64,000 nt of DNA from Eledone cirrhosa (taxonomy: Eukaryota). The position numbers and the translations under genes are program-made. Under the pieces are notes generated by a model, which made no database searches, was not told the DNA's origin, and was given only the letters and a program-made list of their open reading frames with translations. Below are positions 43,573 through 57,439 of this stretch, piece after piece. Each line of letters starts with the position of its first letter. The stretch's first letter is position 1. The DNA lies in contig OZ024746.1 in NCBI GenBank assembly GCA_964016885.1, positions 58,094,001 through 58,158,000 of the forward strand, given 5' to 3'.

Positions 43573-46295
43573 ACTACACCATCACTCTCACTAAGCACAA
43601 AGATTAAACCACTGCAACCATCATCTCTTTGGCAATATACAGGGCAATCTAATTCAATAAACAACAATACTGAGTGGAGAACTCTTTTCCATGAAATGAT
43701 GGTTAGACAATTACAGATGGATTGTATTTTAAGGTCTGTTACACTCGCGTTACGAGGGACGGAAATTAAAATAAAAAATATGTGTAAACAAAAGTAAAGA
43801 CTTGTTTGACAATGCTGCTCCAGTAATATAGTATAGTCGAGTGCTACTCTTATTCCACAATTAAGAGACAACTAGGAAAAATCACGAAAAATCATACTTC
43901 TGCATTTGTATATAGCACGGCTAGTATCGAATGTACCATTAAATTTTTTTTCATAATAATCGTGAAAATGTTTCAGTAGTTTCTCAACTCGAAATCTAAC
44001 ACTCTCCGTAAATGCTAGGTCAAAATAAAAATGCTCCCAATTGATTCTCATCATCATCTGGAGAGTGGGCTTCTGGTTTTGTAGGTTTTGAGTTAAAATT
44101 GCACTGTTAGTTTCCTTATACACATACTCTATTCTTTAAAGCATTCTCAGCTTTCAAAATGATGTGTCCTCCGTCGCTAGCTTATTTAGGCGTTTAATTG
44201 ATTGATCAACTGGACGGCACATCGGTAATTAACATGGGACACACCTGTTTACCTTTAACGTTAATTACAAATTCGCAAACGTGCAACAATATGTGACAGC
44301 TAAAACCCTTGTATACAACATTAAATTCCATCCGGGAACCTATTCAGTTTCGGTCTAGCAAGTTTGAATTAAAATGCTTCGTTTTACATGAGGCTTTGTT
44401 AAACACACTTTTCCACGATGCCATGCACTGGGATCGAACAACGGACTTAATGATTGCGAAACGAATTTACCTTATAAGCCTACCTATTATTAATGCCGTC
44501 CAAACGTAACTCTGCCATTTATACAAAACTAAAGAACACATTTGTGTATATCTGCTGTATCTACCACTAGATTTTAATGAGTAGAATTTGCATCATTGTT
44601 TAAATGTAAACATATTTTCTCTAGACGAATCATGGAAGTGAAATGATCTCCTTGGTAGGATTTTATATAAAGTTTTTGGACTAACGTATTGTGATTAATA
44701 CATCTAGAAAGGAGAGAACAGATTATAAAATTTGTTCGTTTGTTACATAGCGGAATATTTGATAAGTGAACTGCGTCAGATTGTTGAAGGGAAATAGAAT
44801 GGAAATTGTTCAGACCAGGTTTGATAAACTGCATCTGAGTAATAACCTCTTAGCTAGTTAAAGACACCCACTATACGTTGCTTTTAGAATGTATAGATAT
44901 TTTAACAAGCATCTTGTTTTAACTAATTACCACAATCACCTTCGCAAGTAGCCCAAAATATTTCTTACAATCCAATTCCCGCCCGAAGCTTCTTTTTATG
45001 AAAATAACTATAGCAGGGAGTGTTAGGGGCAAAATATATTCACTAACCCCCAAATCAACTTAGCAAATTTACTCTGTAATGAATCAATGTCTGTTTGAAG
45101 AGTTCCTCTACAATAATAAGATAGACTGCAGAGTTGGAAAACATCCAATAGTTTTTCTTTGCGAACATATAATCAGCGTTTGGCATCAGGCTGACTTGTC
45201 TAATGGAACTCAGCCGAAACTAGACTGTTGCTGTAGAAATATTCCTGCTGGCTCCCGCTTTTCTACAACTAATATCTTTTACCTGAAACCATCTATTTGC
45301 TCTGTTAAATTAATACAGGTTTTGCTCAAAAGAAATTAAACAAAATATCAGCGAACACTAGCTGAAAATTAACCGCATTTTCCCGCCTTTTTATTTTTAT
45401 TTCTATCATTAGTCCACTCATTTACCTTTATCGTTCCACCCTTATATTGTTACTTCCTGGCTTTTATTGCCCTATTCCCAACATTTTCTAACGCTAATAA
45501 TTTTCTTAACCTTCTTGTATGAGTTCCAATCCCACCCAGTATAACTATAATCTATACAACGTTATGCAAATGTTATTAACTATCTACTATTAAAGGCATA
45601 CCACTTCAGTTTTATCTAATAAACATCTTTGTAGAATATTGAGTGCATCAGAGAAAATCTTTTGCGTTATTTGCTCTGGCTCATTACGTTCTAAGTTAAA
45701 ACAAGTTAAAATAATACCTCTCTAGTGCAGAAAAATATATATGTCTATGAATGTATATATTAATATTTATACATGTGCATATATGTGCGATGTGTGTGTG
45801 TGTGTTTATATATATATATATATGTGTGGGTGTGTGTGTGTGTGTGTGTGTGTCTGCGTGTGTGTGTGTGTGTGTATGATTTGTTATAGGAAAATATCTA
45901 AAGGTAATAGTTCAAATGTATATAGTGTTTTTACTGGTGGATGGATCATTCTGAGAATTTGCGTTATTCGAACAACGACTTACTATATGATGCAGTCGTA
46001 GCGCAGATTTGTACTTTTCAAAAATATCTTGCTAATTCCGTACATGTGGTACAGGTACTTAAGATTTAAATTAGCAATCATTAGTCCGATTACTTTTTTT
46101 TTTCTGTAATTCTCCATTCCTAAATCTACCCTCTATTTGGCTTTAAATTTTCTGTTTTTCGTCTTCTTATCATATACACTGAGACATACAAAAATACAAT
46201 CAAACTAACGTGATTTCGCTTTCAATCCTCAGATTTTCTTTGTACCTATTCACCCTAAGTTCATTTTTATTAACATAATGTTTATGTAGGGTAAA

Positions 46296-46716
46296 TGTTC
46301 TCAACGGGGGGCATGTGCAACACCAACCCACCACACACCCGGGGGGCGTTTCGTAGCTCCGGGTGGACATTAAGCAGTAAGGGGGCGTTAGGGGGGGGCG
46401 TTATGCAGTAAGGGGGTGTTTGAAACTTTGAGGGCGCTAGAAGCCCATTTAGTTTGGTAAGTTTTATAAGTCATATTTGTACGTCTCTTAGACAGTCAGT
46501 GATTTGAACAAATTAAAGAAGCTTGTCAACGAATTCCCTATGGAGAAAAATAAAATTTTAAAAAATCAAAGAGAATGAAAGTAAGGACTACTTCAACATA
46601 AATGAAAAGAAGCAATGGTGGTGAACATACACACATACATACATACATATATACACATACACACACATATATACACACACAGGCCGGCGTTAGTGTTTGA
46701 GGAAGTTGAGAACCTG
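46296..46716. mobile_element. hAT-like MITE remnant
   Basis: TIR core gttctcaac...gttgagaac with ggggcgtt subterminal repeats. Confidence 0.5.
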
Positions 46717-46854
46717 GTCAGCTTTCAGGCAGAGGTGTGGTGTTTAATCTCCCTAGGTAATAATATCTGGCGAGAAAAATGTTCTCCTTACCAAAAAAAG
46801 AAGACATAGATCATATCAACATCCTTACACACTTAAATATAAATGTATGTATAT

Positions 46855-46961
46855 ATAAACGGAAAAAATGAAACGAATTTCATTTCTCACTCTTAGTACG
46901 GCTGTTACTTAAATATAAGTATGTATACGTACATACATATATGCATACAGACGTACAGTAG

Positions 46962-47001
<40 letters not shown>

Positions 47002-47416
47002 CATGCACACATATATATATATGTACGCATGGATTCACCAAACATTTATTATAATGCTCGGTTTGTTTGTAAACAAACATTCCGAATTAAGCCGTACAGT
47101 GTCTAGCAACCATCGTTCCTCATTTGTTCAACACTGACAAAGGAACGATGTACTAGTTTCAAACTTATTAGCTATAGTCAACAACGTATACCTTCCTGCC
47201 AGATGGTTGAATGTGTGAAAGTATATACTTTCCTTATGCATATTAACGGCTAAGCAGCCTAATTTACATATCGAGTGAGTTAATCGGCCGGGGTACCGAA
47301 AGCGATAAACGGAAAAAATGAAACGAAATTTCATTTCTCACGCTTAGTACGGCTGTTACTTAAATATAAGTATGTATACGTACATACATATATGCATACA
47401 GACGTACAGTAGTATG

Positions 47417-47468
<52 letters not shown>

Positions 47469-47472
47469 CATG

Positions 47473-47546
<74 letters not shown>

Positions 47547-48227
47547 CATACATGCACACACATACATATGTACGCATGGATTCACCGAACATGTATTATA
47601 ATACTCGGTGTGTTTGTAAATAAATATCCCGAATTAAGCCGTACAGTGTCTAGCCACCATCGTTGCTAATTTGTCCAACACTGACAAAGGAACGCTGTAC
47701 TAGTTTTAAGCTTATTAGATGTCGTCAGCAACGTATACCTTGATGGTTGAACGTCTGAAAGTATATACTTTCCTTATGCATATTAACGGCTGAGCAGCCT
47801 AATTTGCATATCGAGTGAGTTAATCGGCCGAGGTACCGAAAACGATAAACCGATACACATATTTAAGTAACAGCCGTACTAAGAGTGAGAAATGAAATTT
47901 CGTTTCATTTTTTTCCGTTTATCGTTTTCGGTACACCGGCCGATTAACTCACTCGATATGCAGATTAGGCTGCTCAGCCGTTAATATGCATAAGGAAAGT
48001 TTATACTTTCAGACGTTTAACCATCTGGCAGGAAGGTATACGTTGTTGACGATAGCTAATAAGCTTGAAACTAGTACAGCGTTCCTTTGTCAGTGTTGAA
48101 CAAATGAGCAACGATCGTTGCTAGACACTGTACGGCTAAATTCGGGATGTTTGTTTACAAACACACCGAGCATTATAATAAATGTTCGCTGATTCCATGC
48201 GTACATATATATATGTGTGCATGTATG

Positions 48228-48315
<88 letters not shown>

Positions 48316-48370
48316 TACTACTGTACGTCTGTATGCATATATGTATGTACGTATACATACATATATTTAT
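46855..48370. mobile_element. ORF-less HHR-bearing tandem and inverted array (retrozyme-like)
   Basis: Two head-to-tail monomers on minus (46855-47850), then an inverted monomer (47860-48370). One HHR motif per monomer. Confidence 0.75.
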
Positions 48371-48443
48371 GTATATATACAAATGTATAAATGCATAGCT
48401 ATATACATACGTAAATGTATGTATATATGTATGTATGTAGATT

Positions 48444-48488
<45 letters not shown>

Positions 48489-48523
48489 ATGTGTGTATAA
48501 TATATATATTATACACACACTCT

Positions 48524-48604
<81 letters not shown>

Positions 48605-48607
<3 letters not shown>

Positions 48608-48850
48608 GTGTGACAAGAAGCTTGTTTCCAACCACATATTTCCATGGTCAGTCCCACTGCCCAAGCCGACCAAAGCCCTGTGATTGGATTTGATGAATCG
48701 AAACTAAAAGAAGCCCGTCGTATATATGTATATATGTCTGTATGTGTCTTTGCCTTTGTGTTTGCCCTCCCACTGTGTGTGTCTTTGCGTTTGTGTTAGC
48801 CCTCCCCTTAATGCTTGTTGGTTTGTTGACGTCCCCATAACTTACCAAGG
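48605..48850 (+). mobile_element. Degenerate SINE-like repeat; related reverse copy at about 35035-35200
   Basis: ccgaccaaagccctgtgattggatttg..gaaactaaaagaagcccgtcgtatatat, a motif recalled as abundant in octopus genomes. Confidence 0.55.
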
Positions 48851-49034
48851 TGATATTCCAGCATGGGCGTAGTCCAGAGACAGAAAAAAAGGAAAATATA
48901 TATGTGTGTGTATGTGTGTGTGTGTGTAGAAGAGGGTTCTCAAACTCATGGACACAAAAGGTCTATTACGTCCTGAAGGCGAGGCACAGTTGGCCAAACG
49001 TGGTGGTGGGTGAACATTTTCACCACTTATAATC

Positions 49035-49246
49035 ATTACTACGATAGGAACAAGGCATGAAATTTGGGGTTTAGGGTTCAGTCGATTGCATCGATCCTAG
49101 TACACAACTGGTACTTAATTCATCGACCCCAAAAGGAAGTAAGGCAAAGTTGAGATCGGCGGAATTTGAACTCAAAACGTAAAAACGGAAGAAGTACCGT
49201 TAAGCATTTCGCCAGATGTGCTAACGATTCCACCAGCTCGCCGCCT
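49035..49246 (-). mobile_element. SINE related to family A
   Basis: ggtacttaattcatcgacccc..aaggcaaagt..cggcggaatttgaactca..ccagctcgccgcc. Confidence 0.75.
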
Positions 49247-49346
49247 TATTTTCACCAGTTATAATCCGATATGAAATATTGGTTCTACCACGGGCCACAG
49301 ATAAGTAGTTCGCGGGCCGCATGTGTGATCCCCCTGCTGGAGATAA

Positions 49347-49423
<77 letters not shown>

Positions 49424-49496
49424 CGTGTACCAAACACACATGCATTTCTTACTCTCTCTCTGTCCCTCCCTCGTTCTCTCTTCATTTATATGTATA

Positions 49497-51225
49497 CTAG
49501 CATTAAAGCCCGGCGTTGCTCGGGGTCAGAAAGTTACCAAAGTTAGTTTGCACCACCCATTTTATGGCAGAACTTTTTTGTCTGCCAGGCACTGGGTGAA
49601 TGCATTGCAGACCTGGACTGCCGAAGCAGGAGCTGCGCCAGCATTGACAATTGTAGTTTCGCCTATGGATATTATCTCTGTGCAAAGAAGTGTTGAAATT
49701 TATTGTTTCACAGTACTTGCGCAACACACGCGTAGACGATGCCAGCCGAACAACAGAGCTGCGATGGAGTTGTTCTGCATGGTTGTCTAATGTGTGTTTT
49801 CTAAATTTATGACAGTAGGGAGAGGTGTGATATGGGGGAGAGTTAGCTGCTCTTTCTAGCAGGTTTAGTGACCTCATAGAGGATATGTTTTCTAAATTCA
49901 AGACAGTAGGGAGTGGTGTGTTAGGGGGGGGGTGTTAGCTGCTGTTTCTAGCAGGTTTAGTGACCTCATAGAGGATATCTTTTATAAATTTAAGACAGTA
50001 GGGAGTGGTGTGTTATGGGGGAGAGTTAGCTGCTGTTTCTAGCAGGTTTAGTGACTTCATAGAGGATATGTTTTCTAAATTTGAGACAGTAGGGAGGGGT
50101 GTGATATGGGGGAGAGTTAGTTGCTGTTTCTAGCAGGTTTAGTGACCTCATAGAGTATATTATTGTGTATAGTAAATAAACTGATACTTCTTTCTTCCAC
50201 GTTCGTTGAGAGGTTTTAAAAAAGATTTATCGCTATTTTTTTTGTTGTTGAATAAATGTATTTGTTGCTTTTGAATAATTGTTGTTTCGTATGAAATGTA
50301 ATAAGTTCTCTTTGTCATTGAAGTAAATAAATGTTTGACCGTTCCACACTCAAAAACAAACGTTCTCTCCCTCTCTCTCCCTCTCTCTCCCTCTCTCTCT
50401 CCGGCGTTCCTAAAGGAAGTGTGTAAGCATGTATGTAGTGGTCATGAAAACCCTCTTGCGTGGTCTCCAAGCTCACAAAGCGGAGGGGACATCAAGTTAA
50501 ATATCAACATTTATTCTGTCCGTTTCATTAAAAGGAAAATTGGAAAGCTTTGAAATAATACAATTGCCACTTTTTTACAGATAAGAGCACTTTTGGATAG
50601 ACGGAGTTGCTCTTGTATAAATGTTCAAAATCGCTGGTATCGTCTGGTGGGAATATAACAATTTCCACTGGTCCTTATTCATAAAAAAAAACATTTATGT
50701 TCCTTTTTTTTAAATTTATATACTTCCTTTCAAGGAATGTATTTATACTTTCAACTGCTTGCAATGGTATCTTTGGAATATCATTAATCAATTTTTTAGT
50801 AATCTACTGATATCAAAATCAGTAGTATATTGAAAAATGGAAAAATAGGGTAGGAAGGGCGTTTCGTGATTTTAAGGGGCAAAAGTGGGCGTTTGGCCGA
50901 AATGGATTCAGAACCTTTGATGTAGGGTATTACCTTGTTTTACCAAGATATTCTACAGCTCTTATCCTTGCCGTTCGACATAAGTATGTGGCGGTTACAC
51001 TCACTGCAGATTCCTCCTTATATCTCTTGCGCACTTCCTATCTATCATTCCTCTCCTTCTCATAAAGAAATCAAATGTATGCAGACCTGGAGAGGAAATG
51101 GGCTCCGTCATGCTGACAAGTTGCCTCCAAGACCCCGTAAGTCAATACGTCGCGCCAACATTCTCCGCCAGGAATTTTGAGTGAACAAAGGAGACACACA
51201 CAAACGCCCCCCCCCCCCAACATAT
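49497..51225 (-). mobile_element. Non-autonomous Helitron of a related subfamily; 5' boundary uncertain
   Basis: a|ctagcattaaagcccggcgttgctcggggtc matches the 3' CTAG end and hairpin of the other two Helitrons. The interior differs, and no clear TC 5' end is visible. Confidence 0.6.
49790..50160. repeat. About 91-bp tandem repeat, 4 copies
   Basis: Unit tctaaattt..gacagtagggag..gtgtg..gggggagagttagctgctgtttctagcaggtttagtgacctcatagaggatat. Confidence 0.9.
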
Positions 51226-51235
51226 ATATATATAT

Positions 51236-53050
51236 ATATTTATTAAAATAACAGATTAAATTGTAAGCAAAGAATCGCTGCTTTCACCCTTGACGGGATA
51301 TTCTGAAACTAACAAATTCAATCTGTAAACGCAGAAGTGGATATTACAAAAAACGTTGCAACCGGAGCAAGACAGGAAGACGATACTTTGGTTCGTGGAA
51401 ACGTTCCCTATGCTAATAAGTAATGGTATAAACATAACATATACTTAGCTACCACATCAAGACGTAAAATATCCACGTATAGATCGTACTATCCGTTAGG
51501 GTATAATGTGGGGCTGTAATACAGGAAAGTTTTGTGCAATTTATGTTTACAAGCCGAAATTGCCTCAGATTTGTTGTTTAAGATGTGGTCTGTAGCGTAG
51601 AGTATGTCCAGGGCCTCAGCGGCGCAGAGGTCACATGGTCTTTTATTTTCGTTATACGATCTAGCTCTAGCTAGGGTCTCCCAGTGTAACTTATATTGGG
51701 TGTGGTTGACTTTTAGACTCCAGATATAAGCTGAAAGTGACGCCATATTCCTTCTTAGAGGGTAAGGAAAAGAATGGGTATGCAAGTAAAGACGCTGCTT
51801 GAATCTATTGGAGGTTAACCCTATGTAGGCCCTACGGGAAGTGGGTGTTTCAACCTTACATTTGTAGACAATGTTACTAGAGAGGCATTTCCCGGATAGG
51901 GGGCAATCAACCCGATTCCTACAATTACAGTTAGTACTAAATACAGGGCTGCACGTGTTCCTACGGCTAGGTAGTTTAGCTAAATTTGAAGCTGTGATGT
52001 TATGTGCAAGGTTAGGAGTCGTAGAGTAAAAAAATTTTATAGTATTTCTATTAAAAATGTTACTATATTTATGTGTAGGGGGAAAATGCTTCGTAACAAG
52101 GGATAGAAAGATCTTAGCCAATGGTGTGGCCACCTCCATATTATATGGTGGGTTATACCATATAATGCGACGGGATATATTTCTTCTAGGTCTATTCTCG
52201 TACTCTGTATATGCCACCTTATCAACAAATCCACTCCGAGCAAGAGCTTCATTGTAATAAGTGGAATGGTCGTTGAAAATATGCTCGTTAGTAGATAGAC
52301 TGGGAAACCTCAACGAAACGTTTCTTACCAGGTTCTTGGTTATAGTGGCAGGATGGTTGCAATGCTTACTTATGTAATTAAGCGTATCATTCGGCTTTCT
52401 ATACGGGTAATACACGCCATTTGATAAATTGAGGGTAACGTCGAGGTAATTAACGACCGAGAGGTCGTGTATGTTGAAGCCTTTATATCTGGAGTCTAAA
52501 AGACAACCACACCCAATATAAGTTACACTGGGAGGTCCTAGCTAGGGCAAGATCGTATAACGGAAATAAAAGACCATGTGACCTCTGCGCCGCTGAGGCC
52601 CTGGAAATACTCTACGCCACAGACCACATACTAAACAAAAAATCTGAGGCAATTTCGGCTTGTAAACATAAACTGCACAAAACTTTCCTGTATTACAACC
52701 CCACATTATAGCCTAACGGATAATACGATCTATACGTGGATATTTTACGTAGCTAAGTATATGTTATGTTTATACCATTACTTATTAGCATAGGGAACGT
52801 TTCCACGAACCAAAGTATCGTCTTCCTGTCTTCCTCCGGTTGCAACGTTTTTTGAAATATCCACTTCTGCGTTTACAGATTGACTTTGTTAGTTTCAGAA
52901 GATCCCGTTAAGGGTGAAAGCAGCGATTCTTTGCTTAAACTTTAATCTGTTATTTTAATAAATATTTGCTCTACGGTTCTTATATATTTGATATATATTT
53001 ATCCTTATCGAGCCCTCTTTGGATTTTAGTCTTCAAATTTATTATTATTA
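51236..53050 (-). mobile_element. 5'-truncated Penelope-like element with inverted pseudo-LTR
   Basis: Minus-strand RT C-terminus and GIY-YIG ORF. 52478-52965 is an inverted copy of about 51236-51730. Tail copies also at 12505-12595 and 53765-53925. Confidence 0.9.
51489..52460 (-). pseudogene. PLE RT thumb, Cys-rich linker and GIY-YIG endonuclease fragment
   Basis: NYLDVTLNL..YYPYRKPN, IIWYNPPY, CNCR..CPLSGKCL, NIVYKC..AYIGLT..FKQR, LSAYIWSLK, CDLC..E. Confidence 0.9.
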
Positions 53051-53051
53051 C

Positions 53052-53300
53052 TATCTATCTATCTATCTAAGGCGGGTAGAATTCCCGAGTTCTCTCCAGC
53101 GGTCTCTGTCCCTCATTATCGATGCCATGTCTTGCGTCTCCATCAGACCAGTGTCTGTCCGTAGGGCATCAACATACGTTAACCTTGGTCTTCTAGTGTG
53201 TCCATGTAGGGGCTCCCACAGGAGCTCTGAGTGCAATGTCAACTCTGGATGTCGGCGAGCATGTCCAGCTAACTTCAGTCTCCTGTTCATTGCTGTAGTG
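53052..53300 (-). mobile_element. RTE-type LINE 3' end
   Basis: RRLKLAGHARRH..LLWEP..RPRLTYVD..RDRDRWR, with (TAGA)n tail. Confidence 0.8.
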
Positions 53301-53681
53301 TATTGCAAAATACATTATATATACATCCATATATATATTGCTATTCCAGAGCTCCAATTCTAATTTTTAATTTCTGCCTGACCAACAACCGCTCTGCATA
53401 ATCAGCTCCTGATTATTTACTAGAATTCTATAAGAATATAACATCAGTGATCTCGGTAGACAGGTGGGAGTAGTTAGCCTTGATAAGCTTCAACAAAAGC
53501 GAAACAAGGTCTTGTGGGCTTATCTCCCCTGTTTGCTGAGATCAAAGTAAGTGAATCTGTCACTACTCTAAAAAACAATAGCTTACGGTCTTCAAAATGC
53601 TTTTAATTAAGCATAAAGTGTATTGCAAAATACATTATATATACATCCATATATATATATATTGCTATTTCAGAGGTCCAA

Positions 53682-53690
<9 letters not shown>
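53298..53690. repeat. Tandemly arranged repeat family, also at 58735-59332; fragment at 8582-8721
   Basis: gtgtattgcaaaataca.tatatatacat.catatatatat..gctatttcagag..ccaattctaat recurs about every 330 bp. Confidence 0.7.
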
Positions 53691-53756
<66 letters not shown>

Positions 53757-54003
53757 GTATATAGTAATAATAATAAATTTGAATACTAAAATCCAAAGAG
53801 AACTTGATAAGGATAAATATATATCAAATATATAAGAACCGTAGAGCAAATATTTATTAAAATAACAGTTTAAAGTTTAACCCAAGAATGGCCACCTTCA
53901 CACTTAACGGGATCTTCTGATGTTGGCAATTCCCCCTGCCAACCCCGCCCTATATATATATAATAATAATCCTACTACTACTACTAATAATAATAATAAT
54001 AAT

Positions 54004-57000
54004 GGAATGTCATGTGACAGATTCTCACCCAGCAGGTGCTCCCTGGCTCAGCAGCAGGGACCTGGCTGTCAGCCAAATACTGCTGGTGTCAGAGGAAGAA
54101 GAAGAAGAAGAAGGAAAGGGACCAGAACCAACTCGACGAAAGAATTGAATAGGACTGTTATGCAATGTTACCTGAAGAGTAACCCCAAGGAGAAAGGCTA
54201 TAGGAAACGGATGCATAACATCTGGAACGAGATTGGTCTATTTAAATTAGATGAACAAAAATTGGCCGGGCCGGCACGGGTAATAAGAACTAATGGGTGG
54301 ATAAGCGAGCTGGAACTGGAGGAACTGAGCTGACAGATTAGGTTGGAAATGGAAAGTGGAGTATGCCAGGCAAACGAGCCAGTGGGAAATGTAGGTGAAG
54401 AAGTTGAGAGAACGGACGAACCATCCGAAGCAGACAATGATCTGAATGCTGAAATAAATAATTGTTTCTACTTTAGGCACAAGGCCAGCAATTACCCAGT
54501 GCATTACTGGTACTTTATTTTATCGACCCCGTAAGGATGAAAGGCAAAGTCAACCTCGGCGGGATTTGAATGCTGAAATAAATAATACCTGGAACAAAGA
54601 TACGGCCATTGAGGAGATGAATGCTGACGGGCTAGGACAAGATTTGGTTGATATCCTAAACTTAGTGGTAGATGAATTGAACAATGAAAGTGGGAAACCT
54701 ATGAAACTAAGATTTGTAGACAGGAAAAAGTTAAAAGAACCAACAGCTAAGGTAAACAAAGTCATCCCATACCTTAAGGCAAGGAGCCTTCACCAGTGCA
54801 ACAATATCCTCAAAGCAACAGCAAATGCGGTGAGGAAATTACTTGGCATAAAAGAGACAGGAAACAACAAACAAGAAAGATCAGAACCTTGGTGGAAGAA
54901 TCGACTGAATGGTCAAATCAGGGAAATGAGAAATGACATTGGAAAGCTTGGGTCCCTAGTGAATGGGACACTAAAAAACATAGACACTAAAAATAGACTG
55001 GAAATAAAGTACAAAACTAGGAGGAAAAAACTAAATATTATCATAGAGGAACTGAAGCAACGCATTGTAGCAAAGAGTGCAAAAATTAGGCGCTACGAGA
55101 GCAGAGTCCGTCAGTATAGACAGAACCGCATGTTTGACAACAACCAGAAGATGCTGTTTGGACAGCTTGAAGGGAAAGAAAGAGGCAACGACTTGATCCC
55201 TGAGGCGGAACAAACTAAGACATTCTGGAGAGCAAAATGGGAGCAAGATGTTAAACATAATGACCAGGCAGTGTGGATTGAGACAGTACAAAACGAGATT
55301 AGTGAACAGGCACACCAACAAACTCATTTGAGTATCACAGTTGAAGCCATTAAGGGGCAGGCCAAAAAAACTAACCAACTGGAAATCGCCAGGCCCAGAT
55401 GGTGTGTAGGGTTATTGGATTAAAAATTAACATCCCTCCACCCGAACTGACAACCATGATCAATGACTGCTTGATGTCAGATGAGGTACCAGAGTGGTTG
55501 ACAAAAGGTACCACGGTTCTGGTAATGAAAGACGGAATCAAGGGTAATGATGTTACCAACTATAGACCTATCACATGTCTGTTCGTAATGTGTAAACTGT
55601 TGACAAGCATTAACTCTGAGGAAATCTACCATCAACTCCACACAAACAACTTGTTACCGGACGAACAGAAAGAATGCCGAAAGAAGTCCGGTGGTACAAA
55701 GGACCAGTTACTTATTGATAAGATGGTAATGAGGAATTGCAAGAGGAGACACACTGGTCTTGCCATGGGATGAATAGACTACAAAAAGGCATTTGAAATG
55801 GTGCCTCATTCTTGGATCACCAAAAGCCTAGAGATCTTCAAAGTGGCAGATAACATCAGACAGTTGTTGGGCAAAAGTAAGAAGTCCTGGGAAAGAGAGT
55901 TAACATCAGCTGGAGAATCCTTGGGAGGCGTGAAGATCAATAGAGGTATCTTCCAGGGAGATAGTCTGTTCCCTCTGTTGTTTGTCCTTGCCCTGATGCC
56001 CTGACCATTATACTGCGAAAAGTGAGAGCAGGATACATGTTGGGAAAAGGAGAGCTTACCAGAAGCAACGGAATCCAGGTATCAACAGGTGATATGATAG
56101 AGGAAATTGACACTGAAGAAGGATACAAGTATTTGGGTGTTCTGGAGGCTGATGACATCAAGAACAAAAATATGAAGGAATTGATAAGATCTGAATACTG
56201 GAGAGTAAGGAGCGTATTAAAATCACATCTGAACAGCAGGAATGCCATAAGTGCAGTAAATTCCCGAGCTGTGTCTATTATTAGGTACAGTGCGGGAATT
56301 CTGAGATGGAATGCTGCTGAACAAAAAGAAATGGATAGGAAGACTAGGAAGCTATTGACTATCTACAACATGTTCCACAAGAGGAGTGATGTCGATAGAC
56401 TCTGCTTAAGGAGATCTGAAGGTGGAAGAGGTCTTATCAGCATAGAAGACTGTGTTCAGATGGAGAAAAACAACCTACACAAATACGTGACTGATAGTAA
56501 GGAGCCAATGCTCAGAATTGTACTGAAGGAGAGGACAATTAACGAACGGATGTCCAAGGAGGAAATAACAAGAAGGAGCAGCCTTCATGAAAAATCCCTT
56601 CATATTACCGTCTTTGAGAAAACTGAATTCAGGTGTTCCACAGACATAGAACTGGTTGAAAAGAGGAGACCTTAAAAAGGCTACAGAAGGAATGTTAATG
56701 GCTGCGCAAGAGCAGGCCCTCAAAACGAAGTGGTTGAAACACCATATTTACAAGGAGGAAGCTAGCCCACTGTGCACAATCTGTGGAGAGAGAGAGGCGA
56801 CTGTGGCTCACATTGTATCCGATTGCAAACACCTAGCCCAGACTCACTATAAGGGCTGCAGGCATGATGTGATGGGCAGGGTGATCCACTGGCACCTATG
56901 CAAAGTAAACAATTTACCACAATCTGAGAAGTGGTATGAGCATAAACCAGAGTCGGTCATAGAAAACGATCAGGTGAAGGTGCTGTGGGATTTTAGGATA

Positions 57001-57424
57001 CAGACGGACAAGAAACTGGAACACAATAGACCTGACCTGGTGGTTTTGGACAAGGAAAAAAGATCGTGCCTGCTTGTGGATGTGGCCTGCCCATTCGACA
57101 CGAGAGTGCAAGAGAAGGGGGAGGGGAGAAAATTAACCGATACCAGGACTTAAAGTGGGAGGTAAAAAGGATTTGGAACTGCCATGAAGTCAAAGTGGTC
57201 CCGATTGTAATAGGCGCACTAGGTACTATCTCAAAAGGTTTCCAGGGATGGTTAAAGAAAATTGGCCCCGCCACGCTTTTTGGAACGCTTCAAAAGGCAT
57301 GCTTGCTGGGAACAGCAAGAACTCTCCGATACGTCCTGAATATCTGAGGCTGCAGGTAGTGGATTGATATTCATTTCAACAAACTTTCCAGTTAACTAAC
57401 ATCAATGACTGCGACTCAAAGAAC
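54004..57424 (+). mobile_element. Dong/R4-clade non-LTR retrotransposon (RT, CCHC knuckle, restriction-like endonuclease), degenerate, in (TAA)n
   Basis: NYRPITCL, GTKDQLLID, RGIFQGDS, YKYLGV, CTIC..TVAHIVSDC, RHD, RPDLVVLD..VDVACPFD, KINRYQDL, VVPIVIGALG. Flanked by (aat)n at about 53987-54003 and 57425-57442, the known Dong target. Confidence 0.88.
54463..54566 (-). mobile_element. 5'-truncated SINE A inserted in the Dong element
   Basis: Direct repeat tgaatgctgaaataaataat at 54443-54462 and 54567-54586. Confidence 0.88.
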
Positions 57425-57439
57425 AATAATAATAATAAT

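Noticed and set aside
52890-52932. CAGAAGA-TCCC(gtta)AGGG-TGAAA as a hammerhead
   Set aside because: U4 is replaced and no convincing stem I, stem III or UH site can be built; kept only as a possible relic.
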